64,000 bases of DNA, from NCBI GenBank assembly GCA_963823665.1, contig CAWGMQ010000007.1, positions 128,001 through 192,000 on the forward strand, in the 5' to 3' direction. Made by a program: the position numbers and the translations under genes. The notes below the pieces were generated by a model that had not been told where the DNA came from, did not search any database, and worked only from the letters and a program-made list of their open reading frames with translations. Of the stretch, positions 30,658 through 40,952 are shown piece after piece (position 1 is the stretch's first letter; the number at the start of each line of letters is the position of its first letter). Origin of the DNA: an uncultured Planctomycetota bacterium. Its GTDB lineage: Bacteria > Planctomycetota > Planctomycetia > Isosphaerales > Isosphaeraceae.

Positions 30658-30780
30658 TTACGTGCTGGACTTCTTGCCGTGCTTGATGGGCTTGACGGCG
30701 ACGGCGGCGGCGCGCTTCTCACGGAGCTTGAGCCAGTTCTTGAGTTCCTTCTGCTGCTTGGAAACGATGGGTGCGGTCAT
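30658..30780 (-). CDS. 40-aa basic small protein (absent from the ORF track)
   Basis: MTAPIVSKQQKELKNWLKLREKRAAAVAVKPIKHGKKSST; GAGG RBS; strong GC3 bias. Confidence 0.65.
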   Translation of the reverse strand: MTAPIVSKQQKELKNWLKLREKRAAAVAVKPIKHGKKSST

Positions 30781-31099
30781 CCTGTGGTTCCTCGGGTTGC
30801 GGACACTCATCACTCTTATGCGATGTCCACGTTGAACAATTTATCTCAATTTATCAAAATATCCTTAAAATCTTCTGAATGCAATAGGTTTGCAAAATTA
30901 GTGATTCCTTTTTATATTAATCCTGGTTATACTTCGATAGGTTGGTCTGACGATGGAGTGGATACCTTGGGTTCTCCTCGAATCATTTTCGTTTCCCTCT
31001 CTCGCCTCTCCCGCCTCCTGGGCTCGTATGTGTGCCCCTTTCTCATCGACCCAGAATGCAATCACGGGGCCGGAAAGTATCTGACACAAGGAGATTAGC

Positions 31100-31399
31100 G
31101 TGGCAAGGAAATTGTATGTTGGAAATTTGACCTATGCGGTGACTCATAGCGATCTTCAAGACTGGTTCACCCCGTTTGGGACCGTGCATAGCGCCCAGGT
31201 TATCCAGGACCGTGAGATGGGACGAAGCAAGGGGTTCGGTTTTGTCGAGATGGACACCGACGCCCAGGCTGAGGCAGCGATCCAGGGACTCAATGACCAC
31301 GAACACGGCGGGCGGCGGCTCGTGGTGAGCGAAGCCAAGCCACGGGCAGCCCAGACGACAAGACTCGCCGGTGGCAGCGTTGACGGCAGTGGTCGCTGA
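31100..31399 (+). CDS. RRM RNA-binding protein
   Basis: LYVGNL (RNP2), SKGFGFVEM (RNP1); AAGGAG RBS. Confidence 0.92.
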   Translation: MARKLYVGNLTYAVTHSDLQDWFTPFGTVHSAQVIQDREMGRSKGFGFVEMDTDAQAEAAIQGLNDHEHGGRRLVVSEAKPRAAQTTRLAGGSVDGSGR

Positions 31400-31538
31400 G
31401 CCCACGAACGCTTTCGTAAATACCGACCACGGCCGCTGCCACCCAAACTGAATTGCCTGGAGCAGATCGTTGAACGAGGTGGTGTTGTTGATCACGAGCG
31501 CGCTCGCAAGCGAGCCGGAGACGTCGCCGTCGGTCCCA

Positions 31539-34500
31539 TTATTCCTGACGTGGGGCGGGAACTGCGGCACCTTTGGTCACCTCTCGTTTGGTGAGAACGG
31601 CCAGGGCGTCGGTGCCCCCGTTGATGAAGCGGCCGAGCGAATCCTGCAGGCCTGAGGGAAGCTCGGCATACACCCTGAGCTGGACGGGCTTCGAGAGTGC
31701 GAATGGTTTCTTGGGGATGAGCGTGGTCCTGTCAAGGAGTGGGCTGTACGCCGCCGATTTCAGCTTGATGGTCCCGGCATTCCTGGCAGTGAACGAGCCG
31801 CGCTTGCCGGGCGTGGCCAGGTGGAAGGGGGCCGTGGTCGCGGCTTCGGCGGCATTCACGGCGCCACTGAAGGTGACGACGATCTGGGTCACGAGGTGCT
31901 TGCGGTTTTCAAAAAGCTGGATCTGGGCGATCACGACCGGCGGCGGGAGCACGAGCGAAATCGAGGTCTGTGCTGCGGACGGGGTTGTCTGGACAAGGCC
32001 GAGGTTGTCCGTGGCAACGCTCATGAAACCGTAGGTATGGCCGAGCCCGCCGGTGAAGGTTGTCGAGGTCTGAGTCGTGCCCAAAAGCAGCGGCTGGAAG
32101 GGACCGCCGTCGTCGGAGACAAAGACATTGTAAGCGGCGATTCCCGGGCCCGCGGGATCAGAGCCTGACCAAGACACGGTGAAGCTCGTGCTGGTGGTGG
32201 TTGGAGGCAGCGGATTCACCGAGCTGGTTGGGGGCGTGATGTCAATCGTATTGTCGAGGGTTGGCGTATTGATGGGAGCATTGGTGTCGAAGACGACCGC
32301 GGCCTGGGCGCTCACGACGGCGCCGGAGGCGAGGTCTGCTTTCGGCTTGATGGTGTAAGAGACGGAGCCTTCGCCCTGCGGCGGCGTCTTGTCCGGCGGC
32401 AGGAAGCCGGCCAGGGGGTTGGAGGTCAGGTCGAGCGTCGTCGGGTCGATCGAGGTGAAGGTCCAGGTGACCTTGCCCGTGCTCAGGTTGATGCCGGCGG
32501 TCACGTCGACGAACAGCCCGAGGGTGGCGGTTGCATCGATTGTTGTGGTGTAGGACGTTCTGCCCGCCGGAACTTTCACGACGGTGCTGCCGAAATCGAT
32601 TGCACCGAGCTGGAAGGTGCTCCAGTCGAGATTGGGACTGAGCTGCTGTGTGACGGTGACGGTCTGCGCAGGCCCGGTGGCCGTCGGCAAGTTCTCGAAG
32701 TCGATGGTGTAGGGGAGCGTCGCGTCGGAGGAGATAAAGCCGGCGGAGCCGATGCCGGAAGGGCCGGTGATGTCGTTGGGGTCCGCTGAAACGACGATCT
32801 TCGTCTTTCCGCCGGCGACGGGCGAAGTTGGGGAGCTTGGTTCTTGTGGGGGAAGCTCGCATTGCGTTCCGGCGCCGCCGGTGCCGGAGGCGCCGGGGGG
32901 TCGCCGATGCGGGCGTTGTTATTCTGCTGCTGCAAGTTGTTATACTGCTGCTCCAAATTCTGCAAATTGCTGAACGCATCGTTGAACGCGTTGCCGACCT
33001 GATTGCCGATCCAATTGGCTGTGCTGTTCCAAGCAGTGCCGAGCCCATTGCCGATCCAATTGGCTGCGCTGTTCCAACCAGCCGCGAGGCCGGCAGCGCC
33101 AGCCGCGAGGTTGCTAGCGGCTTGTTGCAACTGATGGCCGGCCGCGTTAGCCAAATTCTTAACCACGCAGGGGAGACAGATCGCCGGGGCCGGCGGCGGC
33201 TTCTTTTTTCCAGAACTGTGTCCGCCGCTGGGTTTTGGTTTCTGCTGCTGCAAGCCGGCGGGGTCGATGAAGTCGGTCGGTTGGTTGCCGACGTAGGTCC
33301 TCAGGTTGTTATCGCCGCCGGCTAACCCGGCCGGATCATTCGAGACGAATTGCCCGGTGGAGGGGTCATATGACCTATAGCCCATTTGAAGAAGGCCGCT
33401 TCCATCGTCGGTCACGCCAAACTTTCCGACGTAGGTGAAGGGGTTTTCCAGCGACGCCGTGACCGTCGTGGTCTGGCCGAAGGGATCATACGTGTATTGA
33501 TTTACGTATGTTCCCGATTTTCCGGTAATCCCGACAGTCGACCCGTCGATGTCGAAATCGTAGAACGCCGCGGAGCTGCTGGAATCGACCTGGCTGACCA
33601 GGGCGTCATCTCCGTAAGTATAAAAGGCGATCAAGCCGCCGCTGCCATTGATCTGGCCGATCAGGTTTCCGTCGCCGTCGTACAGGTTATTCGTCACCGT
33701 GGTCGTCTGGGTGGCGGTCGATGTAAAGCTGGTGGAGATCGGGTCGCCGAGCGGGTCGTAGACGTAGGAGTAGGTGCCCGATGGTGAGCTTACACCGGTG
33801 AGCTGGTTCTGAGAATTATACGTGTACGAGGTGGTGACGCCGGCGGTGGTGGAAGAGGTCATGTTGCCGCCTAAGTCGTATCCAAAGGTCGTGGCACCGA
33901 TTGAGGTATATTCGTTCACGGAGTTGGCCGTGTAGGTCGTCACCACACCGTTCTGGGTGACCGAGGTGCGGTTGCCGGAGGGGTCGTAGGCGTAGGCGAT
34001 CGACTCACCAGGCGCCGTGACCGACGTGAGCTGGCCGCCCGAGTCGTAGCCAAAGTTGGTCGTCGTGCCGCCGGTCGTCATGCTGGTGACCTCGTCGACG
34101 GAATTGTAGGTATAGGCGAAGCTCGAGTTCACCGTGGTGCCGCCGGGCGCAAAGTTGGTGAGGTCGACCAGCTCGCCGTCCGCGTTGTATTGATAGGTCG
34201 TCGACGTGCCGTTGCCCTTGGCCTCACCTACAAGATAGCCGGCCGGGTCATAGGTGTACGTGTCAATGTTGTTGCCGCTGCCGTCGGTGATTTGCTTGAG
34301 CCGGCCGAGTGAGTCGTAGCTGTAATTGACGGTAAAGGACGAGGAGCCGGTGGTTTCGACCATCTGGGTGGGCTGGCCTACGACATTATAAGTGTATGTG
34401 ACCTCGCCGTTGGGCTCGTTGATCTGCGTCGGAAGGTTGAGCGAGTCATAGACGAACGAATAGTCGCCGCCGGGCCCCGTTGCCGTGAGCATGTTGCCGC

Positions 34501-37500
34501 GATTGTCGTAGGAGTAGGAGTCTGACGTGCCATCGGGGAAGAGCACGTCGGTCACAAGGCCGCTGGAGTTGTAGGTATAGAACGTCGACTGGAGCAATGC
34601 GTTGGTCGACTGCACCACCTCGCCCAGGCTGTTATAGCTATATTGCTGGACGCTGCCGTCGGGGTTGGTGATCTGGGTGACGTTGCCACTCGCATCGATG
34701 GTGTAGGTGGTCGTATAGCCGCGCGGGTCGGTCGAGGAGAGCATCTGGCTGAACGTGGGGTCGTAGGTAAAGCTCGTCACGTTGCCGAGCGGGTCGGTTT
34801 CGCTTGTGAGGTTGCCGAGGCTGTCGTAGGTGAAGGTGGTGGTCGTACCGTCGGGCGCGACCACGCTGGTCAAATTCTGGTCCGCATCGTAGGTGTAACG
34901 GGTGATATTACCGAGCGGATCGATGGTCTCGGCGATCGAGCCCATGTCATCTTGGAGGATGGTGGTGGCGGCGCCGTCAGCGTTGGTCTCGGTGTAGCCG
35001 CCGACGGCGCCGTAGGTGTAAGTCAGTGCCATCTCGCCGACGGCGCGGCTCTGGCCGCTGAGCCGGCCCTGGGCATCGAACGTGTAGTAGATGTGCGTGT
35101 CGTCGGGGTAAGCAATTGATGCCAGCGCGTTCGCGTCGGCCGTGGTCGGGCCGGAAAGGTACATATAGTCGGTCGTGCCGTACATGTCGGTGTAGGAGAT
35201 CAAGTGTGTTCCAGAAGCATTGTAAGAGTACGTCGTGGTCTGGCCGGCGGGGTCGGTGACCTGGCTGATCAACCCCTGGCTGTTATAACTGATCGTGAGG
35301 GCCGAGCCGTTCGATGCGGTCAGAACGGTGAGCTGGCCAGAGGAGTTGTAGGTCGCGGTGACGCTGTTGCCGTTGCGATCCTGGATAAAGTCCAGGGAGC
35401 CGTTCGGGTTGAAGACGAACAGGGTGCCGTCGGTCTCGCGCAACTGGTAAGCGCCGGCTACGAGCGTGAGCGTGTCGTGGTCGCCGGGCATTGGCATGTA
35501 AGAGCCGTCGGGCTGGAGGATGAAATAAGCGGTCGACCCGTCGTCGGTGATGGTGACGTCTCCCTGGGCATCGGCGGCCGCGGAGACCTGCCAGTTGTCG
35601 GTCCATCCGTCACCAAGCGGGCCGGACTGGTCGCGGCCGGAGATGGACGCGTTGAACTGGCGGACAAACTCGAGCGGGATGGCGCCGGGGGTGGGGTAGG
35701 ACGCGTCGGTCACGGTGGCGAGCGTGGCGGTCGTAAAGAAGGCGTCGGCCTTGAGGATCTCGAAGCCGAGCAAGCGTGAGACGTCGTTGGTAGACTCACC
35801 CAGTTGGCTCAAGTATGTGGCGTCGGCGTCGAGGGCGGCGACGTACTGACCGGTTGTTGAGCCGACGGAGGCCACGAAGTTGGCAAAGACCGCGCCCCAG
35901 GCGGAATTCGGGATGTTCGACGGCTGGAGGGCGGATTCCTGCGAAGACCAGTCCACTGGCGTGGAGTTTTCCGGCACCTCGGCCAGGTCGAAGGTGATCA
36001 GCCCCCCGCTGTTCTCCCCGGACATCAGGGACGTGGGGGTGAAGTCGATCACGGCGGTGCCGCTGGCGCCAGGGGGGAGTACGCCGGCGGGCCCGGTCGG
36101 GTTGATGCCGAGGAAATCGAGCGTCGCGCCGGCCGGGATTACGGAGCTTGGCAACTGGAGCGAGGCGTTGGTGGCGGTCAAGACGAAGAGCGGGGCCGGG
36201 ATATTGCTGCCGCCGATGTTCGAGTAGTCGACGATGACGGTGCCGGTGCGGCCGGGCCTGATGGCGCTGGGCTCGCTCATCGTGACGGAGAGCTGGCCGG
36301 GTGTGCCGGTGGTGACGGTGAAAACCCCGGTGTCGGTGGCCGTCTGCGAGCCGTCAATCGCCTCGAGGTCATATGTTCCCGTCTCCGCTCCGGTCAGGTT
36401 GAAGCTGGCGAAGAGGGTACTGGTATCCTCCTGGGTCACGGAGGAAGCGGCGATCGCCGTCCCTCCTCCTCCTTGCGGGATGAGCTTCAAGATGGTGCCG
36501 GCCGTGAACATCGAGCCGCTCACGGTCAGCGTGGTCGTGCCGACGTTCGCGCCCGAGGCGGTACTGACGCCCAGGACTTCCAGCGGCAACGACTGGGCCT
36601 CGAGTGTGAACGGCCCGGCGGTCGTCAATGCGGAACTGCCCTGCACGAGGATGTAGTACACCCCGGCCTGTGTGCCGGGAAGGAGCACGGACTGGGCCAG
36701 GCTCGTCGTCTGGGCTGAGGATTCGTCGAAGGTGGATGAGGTGGGAACCGACAGGTAGCCGACATAGAGCGAAACGCCTCCCGCGACCGTAGAGCCGGCC
36801 ATGATCCGCGTGGCTGAGCCGGCCGGGAGGGTGACCTCGTAATAGGCGTTCTGGCCGCTCGAGATCGTCCCGGTGACCTGGTGGCCGAGCGAGAGCGTGG
36901 GGAAGCCGGCCGTGAGCAAAGTGGAAGCGACGCCGGTGCTATTGGCGCGGTTCGAGTCTGGCAAGAGCTCCTGGCTGTCCGCGACGGCGAAGACGTGGTA
37001 GCTGCCGGGAGCCAGGCCTGGCAGCGGGTCGGTGACGGTATCCGTATAGCTGGAATTGCCGGCCAAGGTCCCCTGATGGGTAACCCGGCCCAGCAGGACG
37101 GCCGTGTCGTCGAATGTCGGTACGCGGGAAAGGTAGACCGAGTCAGTCCAGCTTGGCAGGTTCTGAGGCGTCGCCGTCGCGGAGAGGTTGTTTACCTGGA
37201 ACGAGATCGAGACCAGTTGACCGGGCGACTCGGTGACGGTCGGCACGGAGATCGACCCGACGGCCAGGTCCGAGGCACTCGCCGACGAGGCTACCGTCAC
37301 GCTGGTTGGGTTGGCCGAGACGTTCAAGTACTGGCCGGCGCCCGATGAGAGTCGATCGATGGCGGCGAAGGCCCCAGTTGCGCTGGGGTACGTGAGGATC
37401 GAATAGGTATCTCCGGCGGTCGGGGCGAATCCGGCGGAGAGGCTGAGGTCGAGCGTGCCGTCGAGGGTCGCGGGACCGGTGCTTTGGAGCTGGCCGAACT

Positions 37501-40063
37501 GGCCGCTCGAGGATGGACCGCCGAGCGTGACGCCCAGGGTTGCGGCAGCGCTTTGGGAATAGGCGCCGGTCACCGAGAGCACGCTGAAGGGGCCGACGGT
37601 GATCGTGCCGTCGTTCGCGAGTGGTCCGGCGGTGGTGAAAGTAGCGCCGCCTGTGAGCGTCAAGCTGCCGGAATTGGTTGCCAGGCCCGCGAGCGCGCTG
37701 AAAGATGCGCCGGGACCCTCGAGCGTGATCGACGCCTGGTTGGTCGTGATATTCGAGCCGGAGGGGAAGACGAGCGCGGCACCGCCCGAGATGTTCCACG
37801 TGCCGCCGGTGAGTGTTGTGCCGGACAACTGGGCGATCGGGTTGCTCTGGTCATAGGCGAAGTCGAGTGTGCCGGAATCGACCTCGACCGTGCCTGAGTT
37901 AAAGAGCGGCGGTCCGAATAGGGTCGTGCCGCTGCCGGCCGTCTTGGCGAGAGTGCCGTAGTTGTTCATCTGCCCGGCGTTCTCGTCATTGCCGGTGACA
38001 TCACCGATGTCGAAGGTGCCGTAGTTATTGAACTCGCCCGCATAGTTTGTATACAGGAAATTGAAAGCTCCCGAGCTCCAGGTCACCATACCGGCGTTAT
38101 CCATGAGGATGCCGAGGTCAACAAAGCTGGTGGGGTCAATCGAGAGTGTCGCTGCCTGAGCGATCATGAGCGTCCAGGTGCCGTAGAAGAATCCACCCGA
38201 CCAGTTCAAGGCACCGGTGACGGTGAGGCTGCCGGTGCCGGAGATATCGCCGGCGGAGACGCTGAGGCTCGCGACCGAGACGCCGGTGTCGATTTCGAGG
38301 TACATGAATTCCGCATCGACCTGGTACTGGCCAGCTCCGGAGAGCGCGGCGCCTGGGGCGAGGATATACGGCGTGTTGGCAGTGATATCGCCGCTGAACT
38401 GGAGCCCGGCGCCAGAGGCTACGTCGAAAGAGCCGCTGCTCGTGCCGCTCGAGAGAATCACCAGCGCGCCTGAGACGACGGTCACCGAGCCGGTGTTGTT
38501 GAAAAGCGCCGCGCTCATCGTCGTGGTTCCGGTCCCGGCGCTTATGGCCATGGTGCCGGCGTTGTTCAAGGTGCCCGGGCCGGCGTTCAAGATCGTGGTG
38601 TTTGGTTCCAGCGTGAGCAAGCCGTTTGACATGTTGTTGAACGTGCCGGAGCCGTTCAAGACAGTGCCCGAGGCGACGGTGGCGGTGCCGGAGTTATCGA
38701 TCGTCCAGCCGGTCAGGACAACGGTGGTGGCGCTGTCGATCGAAAGTGTTGCGGCGGATGGGATCGAGAGCGTGCCCGATCCGCTGAAGTACCCGCCTGT
38801 CCAGTCGAAGGCGTTCGTGACGGTCACACCGCCCGAGCCCTGGATCGTGCCGGCGGAGAGGGTCAAGCTCGCGACCGAGACGTTGGTGTCGATTTCGAGG
38901 TACATGAATTCCGCATCGACCTGGTACTGGCCTGCTCCGGAGAGCACGGCGCCTGAGGCAAGCACATACGGCGAGTTGGCAGTGATATCGCCGCTGAACT
39001 GGAGAAAAGCGCCTGCGGCCACGTCGAAAGAGCCGCTGCTGGTGCCACTCGAGAGAAGCGCCAGCGCGCCTGAGACAACGGTCACCGAGCCGGTGTTGTT
39101 GAAGATCGCCGCCCGAATCGTTGTGGTTCCGGTCCCGGCGCTAGCCATCATGGTGCCGGCGTTGTTCAAGGTGCCCGGGCCGCCGTTCAAGAACGTGGTG
39201 TTTGCTTCCAGCGTGAGCTGGCCGTTTGACAAGTTGTTGAACGTGCCGGAGCCGTTCAAGGTCGTGCCCGAGGCGACGCTGGCGCTGCCGGAGTTGTCGA
39301 TCGTCCAGCCGGTCAAGACAAGGGTGGTGGCGCTGTCGATCGAAAGTGTTGCGGTGGATGGGATCGTGAGCGTGCCCGAACCGCTGAAATAGCCGCCTGT
39401 CCAGTCGAAGGCGTTCGTGACGGTCACACCGCCGGTGCCTTCGATTGTGCCGCTGGAGAGGCTCAAGTTTGCGACCGACACGTCGGTCTCGACGTCGAGG
39501 TACATGAATTCCGCATTGACCTGGTACTGGCCTGCTCCGGACAGCACGGCACCTGGGGCGAGCACATAGGGCGTGTTCGCAGTGAGATCGCCGCTGAACT
39601 GGAGCCCGGCGCCAGAGGCCACGTCGAAAGTGCCGCTGCTGATGCCACCCGAGGTCAGCTCGGCGGTTCCGGCCTGAACTTGAAACGTCGTTCCCGAGGC
39701 CAGGTCGAGCGTGCCGACCTGGGTGCTCGAGGCGTTCGAGTTGGCGACCGAGAAAGTTCCACTGGTGACGTCGAGGGTCGAGCCGGAAGCGAGGGTCAGG
39801 CTGTTGACGGAGATCGACCCGGAGGCGGTGACCGTGATTCCGGCGACGCTGACCACCGCGTCGTCATCGGGACCGGGTACGCCGGCCGTGCCGTTCTGAT
39901 TGAGCCAGTTGGCGGCCGTGCTCCAATCGCCGCCGGAGTCGCTCACCCAGTGGAATGTTGCCATCAGACAACGTCGCTCGAGGGACTCGAGCGAAGGGCT
40001 GCGGCGATGACGGCGGGATTTTCGGACCGGGGGTGACGAAAAATGGGGGATTTTGCGGGACAC
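31539..40063 (-). CDS. Giant exported RHS/YD-repeat protein (about 2840 aa), one frameshift at G6 tract 32895-32900
   Basis: GTG 40063 after GGAGG; ESLERRCLMA motif; beta-helix repeats, CARDB-like domain, YD repeats, RHS core ending YVGNQPTDFIDPAGL; DPND..YTIDFEN and Fn3-like tail in the shifted frame. Confidence 0.88.
38230..39650. repeat. 600-bp-period internal tandem repeat (about 2.4 units)
   Basis: tacatgaattccgcat recurs at 38301, 38901 and 39501. Confidence 0.85.
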
Positions 40064-40307
40064 GGTTGGCCTCCGGGAGCCAGAGACGGACGAAACGCAC
40101 ACCGCGCGAACATGGCATCGTGTTTGCTTTGGCGCCATGATGCGTTAGGCTGGTTTATAGCTGTACCGCCGCTCGCGGCCGAATCTCAGTCGAAAGTCAA
40201 GAAAAATCGACGGCCGTTCTGGCTGTTGAGTGATTCCGGCGGGCGACGATCGATTCGTGCATCCGTCGGGGTCTTGCGGAATATCCCGGTTATCCCCGTT
40301 TTTGCTC

Positions 40308-40919
40308 ATGACCATGGCGGGACGCGACAACTCGAAGACGAGCATCACACTCCTTGCTCGGCTGGCAAGCTTGCCGCCGGACCAGGCGGCCTGGTGCGAC
40401 TTCGTTGACCGTTACGGGCCGAGAATACTGCAGTGGTGCCGAGCCTGGGGCTTGCAGGAGGCGGACATGCTGGATGCGAGCCAGGCGGTTCTGACGAAGC
40501 TCGCGGCGCAGATGGGTCGATTCCGGTACGATCCGGGTGGGAGCTTCCGGAACTGGCTGCGCACGCTGGTCGAGAGGGCGGTGCTCGATCTGCTGTCTGC
40601 GCGCGGCCGGGCCGTCGGCGGCGGGAGCGAGCGCAGCGCGGGACTGCTGTCGAGCCTGGAGGCGCGGGAGGACCTGGTTGCCCGGCTGGAGCAGGAGTTC
40701 GACCTGGAGCTGCTCGAGGCGGCGACCAAGGTCGTGGTGGGCCGGGTTGCGCCGAAGACGTGGGAGGCCTACGACCTGACCGCGCGCATGGGCTGCCCGG
40801 CGCCCGAGGTGGCCGTTCGATTAGGGATGCGCCTCGGGACGGTTTATCAGGCCAAGAGCAGCGTGGTGCGCATGCTTCAGGAAGAGGTGCGCAAGCTCGA
40901 AGCCGGCGATCGGGATTGA
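40308..40919 (+). CDS. ECF sigma factor (kinase-associated type)
   Basis: TS.TLL.RL..AW..FVDRY.P.I..GSFRNWLRT..VYQAKS.V. Confidence 0.88.
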   Translation: MTMAGRDNSKTSITLLARLASLPPDQAAWCDFVDRYGPRILQWCRAWGLQEADMLDASQAVLTKLAAQMGRFRYDPGGSFRNWLRTLVERAVLDLLSARGRAVGGGSERSAGLLSSLEAREDLVARLEQEFDLELLEAATKVVVGRVAPKTWEAYDLTARMGCPAPEVAVRLGMRLGTVYQAKSSVVRMLQEEVRKLEAGDRD

Positions 40920-40952
40920 ACGAAGTGCTCTGTGAGGAATCGAGGCCGGGCA

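Noticed and set aside
30137..31293. DGR template/variable repeat pair
   Set aside because: Mismatches are C/G and C/T rather than adenine-specific, and there is no reverse transcriptase in the window
16600..31400. Integron cassette array or prophage
   Set aside because: Genes are in mixed orientation, with no recurring attC sites, intact integrase or phage structural genes
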